Of a DNA stretch of 64,000 nt, positions 18,505 through 28,417 are shown piece by piece (within the stretch, counting starts at the first letter, position 1; each line of letters starts with the position of its first letter). Both the position numbers and the translations under genes were made by a program. The notes under the pieces were generated by a model. The model was not told where the DNA came from, did no database searches, and saw only the letters and a list, made by a program, of their open reading frames with translations. Source of the DNA: an uncultured Actinomycetes bacterium (GTDB lineage Bacteria > Actinomycetota > UBA4738 > HRBIN12). The stretch spans positions 1,344,001 through 1,408,000 of the forward strand of contig OY969934.1 of the NCBI GenBank assembly GCA_963704725.1, in the 5' to 3' direction.

Positions 18505-19412
18505 CCGAGGCTCCGAAAGACGTCCGCTCGCTCGCCGAGGAGCGCGGGGCGGCTCGCGCGGCGAGGGACTTCGCTCGCGCCGACGCGCTCCGTGACCGGA
18601 TCGCGGAGCTCGGCTACCGGGTGGTCGACGAGCCCGGCGGATGGTCGCTGGTGCCGCTCCAGGTCGAGGCGCCGTCGACCGCGCGACGGGCCGCGCGCGA
18701 CGTCGAGAGCGTCCTCGACGAGCCGCCGAGCGCCGACGTCACCGTGCACTGGGTCGTGCAGGGGTGGCCCGAGGACGTCGTCCGAGCGCTCGCCGGCTTC
18801 CGCGCGCACGCCGGCGAGCGCTCGGTCCAGTACGTCGTCGCGGACCTGACCGAGACCGATCCGGCCGTCTATGGCGACGGCGTCGAGGTGCTCCCCCTCG
18901 AACCCGGAACCGGCTGGGGCGCTGCCCGCAACGCCGGCCTGAAGCGGTCACGAGGGCGGATCGTGATCGTGATGGACGGCTCGGTCGAGCCGAGCGGCGA
19001 CGTGATCGGTCCTCTCGTACATGCGCTTTCCGACGACGCCGTCGGCGTATGCGGTCCGTTCGGCATCTCCACGGAAGACCTCCGCGAGTTCCACGAGAGC
19101 GACGGCCCCGAGGTCGACGCCGTCGAGGGATACCTCATGGCGATGCGGCGCGACGTGATGCGCGACGTCGGCCTGTTCGACGAGCGGTTCCGCTGGTACC
19201 GGACCGCCGACATCGAGCTCTGCTTCCGCCTGAAGGACGCCGGGCTCCGAGCCTTGGTGGTCGACGTGCCGGTCGCCCGGCACGAGCATCGCATGTGGCG
19301 GGCCACGCCGCCCGACGAGCGCGACCGCCTGTCCAAGCGCAACTACTACCGGTTCCTCGAGCGGTTCCGGGACCGGGTGGACCTGCTGGTCAACCCACCC
19401 GCCGCGGACTGA
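18501..19412 (+). CDS. GT2 glycosyltransferase with an N-terminal CysRS C-terminal-like domain
   Basis: N-term ERGAARAARDFARADALRDRIAELGYRVVDEPGG; GT-A motifs GWGAARNAG, MDGS, VGLFDERF, DIELCFRL; GTGA overlap with the previous gene. Confidence 0.8.
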   Translation: MTEAPKDVRSLAEERGAARAARDFARADALRDRIAELGYRVVDEPGGWSLVPLQVEAPSTARRAARDVESVLDEPPSADVTVHWVVQGWPEDVVRALAGFRAHAGERSVQYVVADLTETDPAVYGDGVEVLPLEPGTGWGAARNAGLKRSRGRIVIVMDGSVEPSGDVIGPLVHALSDDAVGVCGPFGISTEDLREFHESDGPEVDAVEGYLMAMRRDVMRDVGLFDERFRWYRTADIELCFRLKDAGLRALVVDVPVARHEHRMWRATPPDERDRLSKRNYYRFLERFRDRVDLLVNPPAAD

Positions 19413-19421
19413 CCCGGAGCC

Positions 19422-21422
19422 TCAGGGCCGGGGAGGCGGCGGTTGGACGACGACGTCGGGCCCGCTCGCCGCCGGGACCCGACCGTTGCCGCGCAGGTCC
19501 CGGCGGAGATCCTCGAGCGAGGGGATCGGCTTGGAGCCGTCGAAGTAGGCGTGCAGGTCCGGGCCGTCGATGACCTCGGTCAGGATCAGGATCTCGGCCA
19601 TCTGTTGGAGGAAGCCGCGGTGCTCCAACAGCACGGTCGTGGCTCGATCGTGCGCCTCGTTCACCAATCGGGCCGTCTCCTCGTCCACCAGCGCGGCGAG
19701 GTCGTTGGAGAGCTCGGGGCTCGCGCCCGGGTAGAACATGCGCGCCTCTGCGCGGAGCCCGTCGTGGCCGAACGAGAGCGGCCCGACCTTCGGGCTCATG
19801 CCGTACTCGGTCACCATGGCCCGCGAGATCTCCGTGGCGCGCTCGAGGTCGTTCTGCGCCCCGGTGGAGATGATCTTGTCGAAGACGATCTCCTCGGCGG
19901 TTCGACCGCCGAGGAGCACCGTGAGGCGGTCGTTGAGCTCGGGCTCGGTGAGCAGGTAGCGGTCCTCGAGCGGCCGCTGCATCGTCATGCCGAGCGCCGC
20001 GGCGCCGCGGGGGATGATCGAGACGCGGTGGACGGGGTCGGCCGTCGGCGCGGTGAGCGCCACGAGCGCGTGGCCCATCTCGTGGACGGCGACGCGCTCC
20101 TTGTCCTTCTCGGACATCACGCGGCTCTTGCGCTCGAGACCGGCGACCGTGCGGTCGATCGCCTCCTCCAGCTCGATCATCGTGACGGCGTTCTTCTCCT
20201 TGCGCGCCGCGAGGAGCGCGGCCTCGTTGACCACGTTCGCCAGATCGGCGCCGGTGAACCCCGGCGTCCGCGAGGCCAGGATCCGCAGGTCGACGGCGGG
20301 GTCGAGCGCGACGCCTCGGATGTGAACGCGCAGGATCTCCTCGCGGCCCTTGAGGTCGGGCTGGTCGACCACCACCTGGCGGTCGAACCGTCCCGGGCGC
20401 ACCAGCGCCGGGTCGAGGACGTCGGGGCGGTTCGTCGCGGCCATGATGATGACGCCCTTGCTCGCGTCGAACCCGTCCATCTCGACGAGGAGCTGGTTCA
20501 GGGTTTGCTCTCGCTCGTCGTGCCCGCCGAAGCTCCCGCCCAGGGCCCCGGCGCGGCCCTTGCCGATCGTGTCGATCTCGTCGAGGAACACGAGCGCCGG
20601 CGCCTTCTCCTTGGCCTGCTGGAAGAGGTCCCGCATCCGCGCCGCGCCGAGCCCGACGAACATCTCGACGAACTCCGACCCGCTCATGAAGAAGAAGGGG
20701 ACGTTCGCCTCGCCGGCGACGGCCCGGGCGAGCAGCGTCTTTCCGCAACCCGGGGGGCCGAGCAGGAGCACGCCCTTGGGGATCCGACCGCCGAGCCGCT
20801 GGTACTTCTTCGGGTTCCGCAGGAACTCGACGATCTCCTTGAGCTCGTCCTTGGCCTCGTCGACGCCGGCGACGTCATTGAACGTCGTCTTCATCTCCTT
20901 GCGGTCGTAGATCTTGACCTTGTTGCGGCCGAGGTTGAGCGCCGCGCCCGCCTGGGCGCCGCTCATGCGGCGGATCAGGAAGAACCACAGCAGGCCGAAC
21001 AGCAGGAGCGGCGCGACCCATCCGATCAGGAAGCTCGAGAACACGTTCGGCGAGACTCCCGTGTAGTCGACGTTGGCGTCCTGCAGTCGGTTGGTGGGAT
21101 CCGCGGTGCCCACCAGGGTCGGCGGGATCGTCGCCGTGACGTTCTCGGTCCCCCCGCCGGCCTTCTGCGACTCCCCGCTCAACGAGGTCTGCGAGATGTC
21201 CACCGTCCCCACGATCTGGCCGCTCTCGGCCCGGCGCAGGAACTCGGAGTAGTCGATCGTTTTGGGACGGGGGGCGGCGATGTAGTTGAAGATGACCAGC
21301 ACGACCAGGAAGCCCAGCACCCACACCCAGGGCGACGAGCGCACGCGCCGGGGCTCGCCCGAGGACCCGCCCCCGAAGTCGAACCCCTGCCACTTGCCGC
21401 GCCGGTCGTTGCCGTTTGCCAT
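19422..21422 (-). CDS. ftsH: ATP-dependent zinc metalloprotease FtsH
   Basis: Two TMs, [36 protein letters not shown]. Confidence 0.97.
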   Translation of the reverse strand: MANGNDRRGKWQGFDFGGGSSGEPRRVRSSPWVWVLGFLVVLVIFNYIAAPRPKTIDYSEFLRRAESGQIVGTVDISQTSLSGESQKAGGGTENVTATIPPTLVGTADPTNRLQDANVDYTGVSPNVFSSFLIGWVAPLLLFGLLWFFLIRRMSGAQAGAALNLGRNKVKIYDRKEMKTTFNDVAGVDEAKDELKEIVEFLRNPKKYQRLGGRIPKGVLLLGPPGCGKTLLARAVAGEANVPFFFMSGSEFVEMFVGLGAARMRDLFQQAKEKAPALVFLDEIDTIGKGRAGALGGSFGGHDEREQTLNQLLVEMDGFDASKGVIIMAATNRPDVLDPALVRPGRFDRQVVVDQPDLKGREEILRVHIRGVALDPAVDLRILASRTPGFTGADLANVVNEAALLAARKEKNAVTMIELEEAIDRTVAGLERKSRVMSEKDKERVAVHEMGHALVALTAPTADPVHRVSIIPRGAAALGMTMQRPLEDRYLLTEPELNDRLTVLLGGRTAEEIVFDKIISTGAQNDLERATEISRAMVTEYGMSPKVGPLSFGHDGLRAEARMFYPGASPELSNDLAALVDEETARLVNEAHDRATTVLLEHRGFLQQMAEILILTEVIDGPDLHAYFDGSKPIPSLEDLRRDLRGNGRVPAASGPDVVVQPPPPRP

Positions 21423-21606
21423 CGGACCTCACATCTTCCCATCAGCGTTCGCCAAGCGACAGCGCGGGGTCCACGGCGTGCGGACTCGAAGGGTCGGCGG
21501 CGGATGCTGGGATACTGTCGGCCCACGCCCCCGGAAGCGCCCGAGCGGGCACGAGGGACGAAGGAGGATCGCACGCTGGCGGTGACCGAGCGGATCGGAG
21601 CGAAGG

Positions 21607-22194
21607 GTGGCACGTAGCCAGGCGGCGCCCCCCGCGGACGCCGCGCTCCGCGCGCGGTTCGAGCGCGACGTCCTGCCCCTGCTCCCGAACCTGTACGGCG
21701 CCGCGCTCCGGCTCACCCGGAACCCTCAGGACGCGGAGGATCTCATCCAGGAGACGTACCTGCGTGCCTTCCGAGGGTTCGGGGGGTTCGAGGAAGGCAC
21801 GAACCTGCGCGCGTGGATGTACCGGATCCTGACGAACACGTTCATCAACACGTATCGCAAGCGCCAGCGGGAACCGGTCACGGTCCAAGACGACGAGATC
21901 GAGGACTGGTTCCTGTACGAGCGGCTCGGAGAGTCCGGCGTCGAGGCGTCGGCGGAGACCGAGGTCCTGGAGAAGATTCCGGACGAAGACGTCCAGCGAG
22001 CGCTGGAGGACCTGCCGGAGAACTTCCGGATGGCCGTGCTGCTCGCGGACGTCGAGGGGTTCAGCTACAAGGAGATCGCGGAGATCCTGGACATCCCGAT
22101 CGGCACCGTGATGTCGCGCCTGCACCGGGGAAGGAAAGCGCTGCAGAAGGCGTTGTGGGAGACGGTTAGGGAGCGTGGACTTGTCACCGACTGA
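21607..22194 (+). CDS. sigH: ECF sigma factor SigH/SigR (thiol-stress type)
   Basis: [58 protein letters not shown]; followed by a ZAS anti-sigma factor. Confidence 0.9.
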   Translation: MARSQAAPPADAALRARFERDVLPLLPNLYGAALRLTRNPQDAEDLIQETYLRAFRGFGGFEEGTNLRAWMYRILTNTFINTYRKRQREPVTVQDDEIEDWFLYERLGESGVEASAETEVLEKIPDEDVQRALEDLPENFRMAVLLADVEGFSYKEIAEILDIPIGTVMSRLHRGRKALQKALWETVRERGLVTD

Positions 22195-22435
22195 CTGCGA
22201 GCACGTGCTCCGCCAGATCGAGCTCTACCTCGACGGTGAGCTCGTGGGGCTGGAGCGCGTCGACATCGAACGGCACCTGGGGGAGTGCTCCCCCTGCAGC
22301 GGCCACTCCGAGTTCCAGCGCCGTCTCAAGGAGATGCTCCGGGCCAAGTGCGGCTGCAACGACGTCCCGGTGGAGCTCCTGGAGCGCGTCCGGTCCATGA
22401 CCTCGGCGCCGCACCCCCATCCGCCCGTGGCCTAG
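22175..22435 (+). CDS. rsrA: Zinc-binding anti-sigma factor (RsrA/RshA type)
   Basis: C-x..YLDGEL...HLGECSPC (HxxxCxxC), KCGC..VP; overlaps the sigH end. Confidence 0.88.
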   Translation: MDLSPTDCEHVLRQIELYLDGELVGLERVDIERHLGECSPCSGHSEFQRRLKEMLRAKCGCNDVPVELLERVRSMTSAPHPHPPVA

Positions 22436-22511
22436 GCACGACCGCTCCCGATCGGCGGGAAGCGCGAACCGCCGGCGGACCTCCGGCGAATACGCCAGGA
22501 GGAGGTCGCCT

Positions 22512-22700
22512 GTGACCAAGGGAACTCGCCCCGGTCACCTCCCCGCGCCGTCGCGCGCGGAGCCGGAGGGTCGCGTGTGCTCGTTCCCCGGTTGCACGAC
22601 CAAGCTCTCGGTCTACAACACCAGCCAGCGGTGCTGGCAGCACGCGGAGGTGGTCTTCCCCAACCACCGGGGCAAGCGCCTGCGCGACGAACGAACCTGA
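22512..22700 (+). CDS. Small basic Cys/His protein (putative zinc finger), 62 aa
   Basis: Strong AGGAGGAGG RBS; C-x4-C-x12-C-x2-H; followed by a hairpin. Confidence 0.7.
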   Translation: MTKGTRPGHLPAPSRAEPEGRVCSFPGCTTKLSVYNTSQRCWQHAEVVFPNHRGKRLRDERT

Positions 22701-22737
22701 GGACGCCCGCGCTCCCCCTCCCTCGCGCGGGACGACA

Positions 22738-22767
22738 GGAACGGCCCCCTCCCCAGGGGGCCGTTCC
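22738..22767 (+). terminator. Hairpin closing the sigH-rsrA-small gene unit
   Basis: GGAACGGCCCCCT-CCCC-AGGGGGCCGTTCC, 13-bp perfect stem. Confidence 0.65.
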
Positions 22768-22861
22768 GCGTCTCCGTCGCCGTTCCGGTCGACGTTCGGC
22801 GTCCAACCCGGCATGATTCCCTCTCACATCGGGTCACACGCTCATCGGTCAAGGTTCGTGC

Positions 22862-23587
22862 GTGGTGGGGGCGGCGATGGACGAGCTCGGGACGATCCTG
22901 GGGGTGTGGGCACACCCCGACGACGAGACCTACCTGTCCGCGGCGCTGATGGCCCGTGCCGTCCGAGCCGGCTCGCGCGTCGTGTGCGTGACCGCGACGC
23001 GGGGCGAGGGCGGCTCGATGGACGAGGAGCGATGGCCGCCCGAGAAGATGGGTGAGGTCCGCACCGCCGAGCTCCAGCGCTCGATGGAGATCCTCGGCGT
23101 CACCGAGCACCACTGGCTCGACCTCCCCGACATCGACATGGACACCGGGCTGCCCGAGGAGGGCTACGCGCGGGTCCGCGGCCTCGTCGCCGAGGTCCGG
23201 CCGGACACGATCCTCACGTTCGGACCGGAGGGGATGACCGGCCACGAGGCTCACAAGACCGTCTCGCGCTGGGCGACGCGGGCCCTGCGCGAGGCCGGCG
23301 AGCCCGGCTCCCGCGTGCTCTACGCCTGCGTGACGCCGGAGTGGGCGGCCGAGTTCCTGCCGATCTGGGAGCCGTTCAACGTGTTCCTCCCCGGTACCCC
23401 GAGGGTCGTGCCGCCCGAGGAGCTCTCGATCGACTACCGGCCGCCGGACGACATCCTCGAGATCAAGGTCAACGCGATCAACGCCCACGTGAGCCAGATC
23501 GAGTCGATCCTGCAGGCCGTGGGCGACGAGACGTGGTGGCGGCAGATGTCGTTCGAGGGCTTCCGGCTCGGCGAGGAGAAGCGGTGA
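22862..23587 (+). CDS. PIG-L/LmbE family deacetylase (MshB/Mca-like)
   Basis: WAHPDDE, ATRGEGG, R..EL, TFGPEGMTGHEAH, AHVSQ; start may be ATG 22877. Confidence 0.88.
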   Translation: MVGAAMDELGTILGVWAHPDDETYLSAALMARAVRAGSRVVCVTATRGEGGSMDEERWPPEKMGEVRTAELQRSMEILGVTEHHWLDLPDIDMDTGLPEEGYARVRGLVAEVRPDTILTFGPEGMTGHEAHKTVSRWATRALREAGEPGSRVLYACVTPEWAAEFLPIWEPFNVFLPGTPRVVPPEELSIDYRPPDDILEIKVNAINAHVSQIESILQAVGDETWWRQMSFEGFRLGEEKR

Positions 23588-25095
23588 CCGACTCGCCGAA
23601 CCCGTTCGGCGATCTCGACTGGGATCCGGCGCGCGCGCGCGCCTTCACGGCCCGGGTGGCGGGGCTGTACGAGGAGTTCCTCACCCGCCTCCCGGAGCTC
23701 CCCATCACGCACGGCCGGAGCTGGGCGGAGGTCCGGGAGGCCGTGGCGATCGAGGTGCCCGAGGAGCCCATGGCCGACGACGACCTCATCGCGTACCTGC
23801 GCGAGGTCGTGTTCGAGCAGTCGACGTTTCCCGGGCATCCGCGCTTCATGGCCTACGTGTCGGGGGCGGGAACCGTGCCTGGCGCCGCGGCCGACCTGCT
23901 CGCGGCGGGAATCAACATGAACGCCGGGGGGTGGATGCTGTCCCCGGCCGCCACCGAGATCGAGCTCCAGCTCACGCGAACCCTCGCCTCGTGGTTCGGG
24001 TTGCCGCCGGGGTCCGGCGGGATCGTGGTCTCGGGCGGCGCGATGGCCAACTTCGTCGCGCTGAAGGCGGCCCGCGACCACGGCGCGGGGTGGGACGTCC
24101 GCCGCGCCGGCGTCTCGGCCGGGCCGCCGCTGGCCCTCTACCTGTCCGAGGAGACGCACGTCGTGTCGTCCCGGGCCGCCGACATGCTGGGGCTGGGGAC
24201 CGACGCGGTGCGGACGATCCCCGTCGGCGGCGACTACCGCGTCCGCCTCGACGCGCTGCGCGAGGCGATCGCCGCCGATCGGGCGGCGGACGTGCGGCCG
24301 TTCGCCGTCGTGGCCTCGGCCGGCACGGTCGCCACGGGGGCGATCGACCCGCTGGGGGCGATCGCGGATCTGTGCGAGGACGAGGGCCTGTGGTTCCACG
24401 TCGACGCCGCGTACGGGGGGCCCGCGGCGTTCACGGACGATCTCCGCCCGCTGTTCGACGGGATCGAGCGAGCGGACTCGATCGCGTTCGACCCGCACAA
24501 GTGGCTCTACACGCCGCTCACGGGAGGATGCGTGCTGGTCCGGGACATGCAGACGCTACCGGACTCGTTCTCGGTGACGGCCTCGTACACGTACCAGGAC
24601 AAGGAGCGCACCGGGCGCGGCGTGGACGGCACGCAGCTCGGGCCGCAGTTCTCGCGCGGCTTCTGGGCCCTGAAGGTGTGGCTCTCGCTCCTCGCGCACG
24701 GCCGGGTCGCATACGCGCGCCGGATCTCGCACGACGCCGAGCTGGCCCGCTACCTCGGCTCGCGCACCGAGGAACGGCCCGACTTCGAGCTCAGCTGTCC
24801 CGTCGGCCTGTCGATCTGCTGCTTCCGGTACGTCCCGCCCGACCTGCCGCACGCCGAGGGTCGCGAGGAGTACCTGGATCTGCTCAACGAGCGGCTCATG
24901 ACCGAGGTGCAGCAGGAGGGGCGGGTGTTCTTCTCCAACGCCGTGCTGCGGGGACGGTTCGTGCTCCGCGTGTGCATCGTGAACTTCCGCACGGAGGCCA
25001 CGGACCTCGACGCCGTGCTGGACGTGGCGGCCGAGACCGGCGAGCGCCTGGACGCCGAGCTCCGGCCGGCCGGGCTCCGACAGGGGGCGGCGTGA
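23584..25095 (+). CDS. Group II PLP-dependent decarboxylase (aromatic-L-amino-acid/DABA decarboxylase family)
   Basis: HPRFMAYV, SGGAMAN, AGTVATGAIDPL, WFHVDAAYGG, DPHKWL (PLP Lys), RVCIVNFRT. Confidence 0.9.
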   Translation: MTDSPNPFGDLDWDPARARAFTARVAGLYEEFLTRLPELPITHGRSWAEVREAVAIEVPEEPMADDDLIAYLREVVFEQSTFPGHPRFMAYVSGAGTVPGAAADLLAAGINMNAGGWMLSPAATEIELQLTRTLASWFGLPPGSGGIVVSGGAMANFVALKAARDHGAGWDVRRAGVSAGPPLALYLSEETHVVSSRAADMLGLGTDAVRTIPVGGDYRVRLDALREAIAADRAADVRPFAVVASAGTVATGAIDPLGAIADLCEDEGLWFHVDAAYGGPAAFTDDLRPLFDGIERADSIAFDPHKWLYTPLTGGCVLVRDMQTLPDSFSVTASYTYQDKERTGRGVDGTQLGPQFSRGFWALKVWLSLLAHGRVAYARRISHDAELARYLGSRTEERPDFELSCPVGLSICCFRYVPPDLPHAEGREEYLDLLNERLMTEVQQEGRVFFSNAVLRGRFVLRVCIVNFRTEATDLDAVLDVAAETGERLDAELRPAGLRQGAA

Positions 25096-25826
25096 GCGGG
25101 CGAGCCATGGCCCTGCTCGGCTCCGGCGAGTTCGACCCGTGGTCCGAGCCCGTCGACCGGTGGCTCCTCGAGCGGTCGCGGAACCCCGACGGCGTCGTGC
25201 TCGTCGCGCCCACGGCCGCCGCGCACGAGGGCGAGGCGTCGTTCTCGTCCTGGGGCTCCAAGGGGCTGGAGCACTACCGATCCCTCGGCCCGCCCGCGGA
25301 GGTGCTGGAGCTCCGCACGCGGGAGGACGCGTTCCGCGACGAGATCGTCGGCCGGCTCGACGACGCCTCCCTCGTCTTCTTCTCGGGGGGGAACCCGGCA
25401 CGCCTGGCCGAGGCTCTCCGCGACACCCCGTTCTGGTCGGCGCTGTGCTCGGCCCTCGGCGACGGGCTCCCCTACGCGGGGTGCAGCGCCGGCGTGGCGT
25501 GCCTCACCGAGCGCACGTACGACAGCGAGACGCAGGACTTCGAGGGGATGTGGAAGCCGGGGATCGGGTTCGTCCACGGGACGCTCTTCGGACCGCACTG
25601 GGACATCGTCGACTCGTGGGTGCCCGGCGCGAGCGAGTTCATCGTGGGCTCGGTGACGGACGGGCAGGTGTTCGTGGGCCTGGACGAGGACACCGCGATG
25701 GTCGGCGACGGACACGAGTGGTCGGTGCTCGGGCGGCAGGGGATCCACGTCCGGCGCAACGGCGACTGGGCCACGTACCGGGAGGGCGACGCCTTCGAGC
25801 TCGACCTTCCGCTGGACGGCGACTGA
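25092..25826 (+). CDS. Peptidase S51 / cyanophycinase-like protein (class I GATase fold)
   Basis: LLGSGEF, PTAAAHEG, FFSGGNP, GCSAG nucleophile, PHWD, GLDEDTA. Confidence 0.82.
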   Translation: MSGRAMALLGSGEFDPWSEPVDRWLLERSRNPDGVVLVAPTAAAHEGEASFSSWGSKGLEHYRSLGPPAEVLELRTREDAFRDEIVGRLDDASLVFFSGGNPARLAEALRDTPFWSALCSALGDGLPYAGCSAGVACLTERTYDSETQDFEGMWKPGIGFVHGTLFGPHWDIVDSWVPGASEFIVGSVTDGQVFVGLDEDTAMVGDGHEWSVLGRQGIHVRRNGDWATYREGDAFELDLPLDGD

Positions 25827-25830
25827 GCCC

Positions 25831-26490
25831 GTGGCGAAGTCCAAGCTCACGCGGGGCGACCCGATCGAGCGGCGCGCGCCGGCGATCGTCGAGCGGCTCT
25901 CGGCCGCGTATCCCGACGCGCACGTCGCGCTCCGGTTCTCGAACGCGCTCGAGATGCTGGTGGCGACGATCCTGTCCGCGCAGTGCACGGACGAGAAGGT
26001 GAACGAGGTCACTGCCACGCTGTTCCAGAAGTACCGATCGGCGCAGGACTACCTGAAGGTCCCCGAGGACGAGCTCAAGGCCGACATCAAGCCGACCGGA
26101 TTCTTCAACCAGAAGGCGACCTCGATCCGCGCCGCCTGTCAGCGGATCGTCGAGGTGTACGACGGAACCGTCCCGGACACGATGGAGGACCTCGTCACGC
26201 TGCGCGGCGTGGCGCGCAAGACGGCGAACATCGTGCTGGGCAACGCCTACGGCAAGGTCGAGGGCGTCGCGGTCGACACGCACGTCAAGCGCCTGGCCAA
26301 CCGCCTTGGGTTCACCGCGCAGTCGGACCCCGACAAGATCGAGCGGGACCTGATGCGGTTGGTGCCGCGGGAGCGGTGGTTCGACTTCACCTATGTGCTG
26401 ATCGACCACGGCCGGGCGGTCTGCCACGCTCGCCGTCCGCGATGCGAGGACTGCGTCGTCAACGAGCTGTGTCCGGCCAGCCTGGTCTGA
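25831..26490 (+). CDS. nth: Endonuclease III
   Basis: LVATILSAQCTD, HhH GVARKTANIV, VDTHV, C-x6-C-x2-C-x5-C Fe-S motif. Confidence 0.96.
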   Translation: MAKSKLTRGDPIERRAPAIVERLSAAYPDAHVALRFSNALEMLVATILSAQCTDEKVNEVTATLFQKYRSAQDYLKVPEDELKADIKPTGFFNQKATSIRAACQRIVEVYDGTVPDTMEDLVTLRGVARKTANIVLGNAYGKVEGVAVDTHVKRLANRLGFTAQSDPDKIERDLMRLVPRERWFDFTYVLIDHGRAVCHARRPRCEDCVVNELCPASLV

Positions 26491-26519
26491 GCCGCCGGCG
26501 CCATCGGTAGGCTTGCGGA

Positions 26520-27299
26520 ATGCCCGACCATCGGTTCCCGGACGACGCGTTCCCGGTGATCGTGGCGCACCGCGGGGCGCCCTCGAGCCGCCCTGAGAAC
26601 ACGCTGGCGTCGTTCGAGGAGGCCCTGCGCCTGGGCGCGCGGATCGTCGAGCTCGACGTGCGCGTCTCGCGAGACGGCGTCGCCGTGGTCATGCACGACG
26701 CGACGGTGGACCGGACGACCGACGGGGCCGGCGCGGTCCACGAGCTGACGGCGTCGGAGCTGACGGCGCTGAACGCCGGGACGCCGGAGCGACCGGAGCG
26801 CGTCCCGACGCTGGCCGACGTCCTCGACCTCGTCGGCGGCCGCGGCGCCGTCGCGCTCGAGATCAAGAACCTCCCCGGCGAGCCCGGGTACGACCCGGTC
26901 CGGGAGACGGCCGTCGAGCTCGTCCACGCCGAGCTGGAGCGGACCGGATTCGAGGGACCGGTGCTCGTGCTCTCGTTCAACCCGGCGTCGCTCGGGGCCT
27001 CGAAGGAGCTCGCGCCCGACGTGCCCACGGGGTTCCTCACCACCGAGCACCTGCCGCCCCGCGAGGCGCTGGCGCACGCGGCCGGCGCCGGTCACGAGAT
27101 GCTCCTGCCGGGGACGCGATCGCTGATCCCGGCGGGACCGGGTTTCGTGGAGGAGGTGCACGCGGCCGGCCTGCGCGTGGGGACGTGGACCGCCGACGAG
27201 CCAAGGGAGGTCCGGATGCTCCTCGATCGCGGCGTCGACGCCGTCGCCTCGAACGACCCGGCGATGGCGCTGGCCGTCCTCGCCGAGCGATCGCCCTGA
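26520..27299 (+). CDS. Glycerophosphodiester phosphodiesterase
   Basis: AHRGA..PENTL, ELDV, HD..VDRTT, EIK, WTAD, GVDAVASNDP. Confidence 0.92.
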   Translation: MPDHRFPDDAFPVIVAHRGAPSSRPENTLASFEEALRLGARIVELDVRVSRDGVAVVMHDATVDRTTDGAGAVHELTASELTALNAGTPERPERVPTLADVLDLVGGRGAVALEIKNLPGEPGYDPVRETAVELVHAELERTGFEGPVLVLSFNPASLGASKELAPDVPTGFLTTEHLPPREALAHAAGAGHEMLLPGTRSLIPAGPGFVEEVHAAGLRVGTWTADEPREVRMLLDRGVDAVASNDPAMALAVLAERSP

Positions 27300-27730
27300 T
27301 GGTGCTCCGCCGTCGCCGGCTGCCCGAGCGCCTCGAGGCGAGCCGCCGCGCGTTCGAGGGCCTCGTCCCGGCACTGGAGCGGGCGAAGGGCGCCCTCACC
27401 GAGTCCGTCCCGGGGACCCGGATGCCGGGGCGGCCGCTGGCCGAGGCCCTGTTCGAGTTCGAGCAGGCGTTGCACGAGGTCGAGGCCGGGATGGACGCGT
27501 GGCGCGCCCCCGAGCTCGAGGACGCGTGGCTGCGCGCGAGCGCCGGGCTCGGCGAGGCGCTGACGCTGGCGGAGCGGGTGCGGACCGAGGCGCCCGAGCC
27601 GGCGGCGTTCGAAGGCCTGATCGGTCTGATCGGGAACCTCCTCGCGCCGCTCGACGCGTTCGGGGTGGCCGCCGATCGCTTTCGCGACCTGCGGCGATCG
27701 TCCGGCCGGGCGCACACGGAGCGCCGGTAG
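27299..27730 (+). CDS. Hypothetical helical protein
   Basis: ATG overlaps the previous TGA; GC3-biased codons; fills the operon gap. Confidence 0.6.
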   Translation: MVLRRRRLPERLEASRRAFEGLVPALERAKGALTESVPGTRMPGRPLAEALFEFEQALHEVEAGMDAWRAPELEDAWLRASAGLGEALTLAERVRTEAPEPAAFEGLIGLIGNLLAPLDAFGVAADRFRDLRRSSGRAHTERR

Positions 27731-27739
27731 GATCGGGCC

Positions 27740-28417
27740 GTGGAGTGGGGGGCGCCGAGCGTCGTGGACGCGCTCGCCGGGGAGAGCCGGCGGGCGGCGG
27801 AGGTGGCGCTGGCGCTGTCCGAGGACGCCTTCACCCGACCCACCAGGTGCCCGCCCTGGGACGTGAAGGCCCTGGTCGGACATCTCTACCGCGACGTCGA
27901 CCGGATCCTCGAGTACCGGGACCGGCTCGCGGGAGCTCCGGACACGGACTCGGTGAGCTACTGGACGAGCTACGACCCGCGGGGCGACGCGGCGGACGTC
28001 TCGGCTCGGGCGCAGCAGATCGCGGACGGGTACGCGACCGGGTCCGATCTCGCGCGCGCGTTCGACGAGCGCTGGCGGGTGGCGGTCGCCGCGGCGCAGG
28101 AGATGAGCCCGGATCGGTCGATCTCGACGTTCGGCCCGACGCTGCGATTCGACGAGTACGTGAAGACACGGGTCCTGGAGATGGCGGTGCACGGTCTCGA
28201 CCTGGCGCACGCGCTCGATCGCGAGCCGTGGACGATGCCGGAGGCTGCCGCCGTCGTCCACGCGATCCTCGTCGGTCTCCTGGGCATCGAGCCGCCCGCG
28301 GCTCTGGGTTGGGACGACGTGACGTTCTTCGACACCGGGACGGGGAGGCGCGCCCTCACGGATGCCGAGCGCTCGGCGCTCGGGGAGCGAGCGGGCCGCT
28401 TCCCGCTGCTCTCGTGA
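27740..28417 (+). CDS. Maleylpyruvate isomerase family mycothiol-dependent enzyme (DinB superfamily)
   Basis: PTRCPPWDVKALVGHL, RVLEMAVHGLDL, GTGR. Confidence 0.85.
   Translation: MEWGAPSVVDALAGESRRAAEVALALSEDAFTRPTRCPPWDVKALVGHLYRDVDRILEYRDRLAGAPDTDSVSYWTSYDPRGDAADVSARAQQIADGYATGSDLARAFDERWRVAVAAAQEMSPDRSISTFGPTLRFDEYVKTRVLEMAVHGLDLAHALDREPWTMPEAAAVVHAILVGLLGIEPPAALGWDDVTFFDTGTGRRALTDAERSALGERAGRFPLLS

Noticed and set aside
11206-19412. Possible integrated island downstream of tRNA-Met
   Set aside because: No integrase, no duplicated tRNA 3' end found, and composition matches the host.
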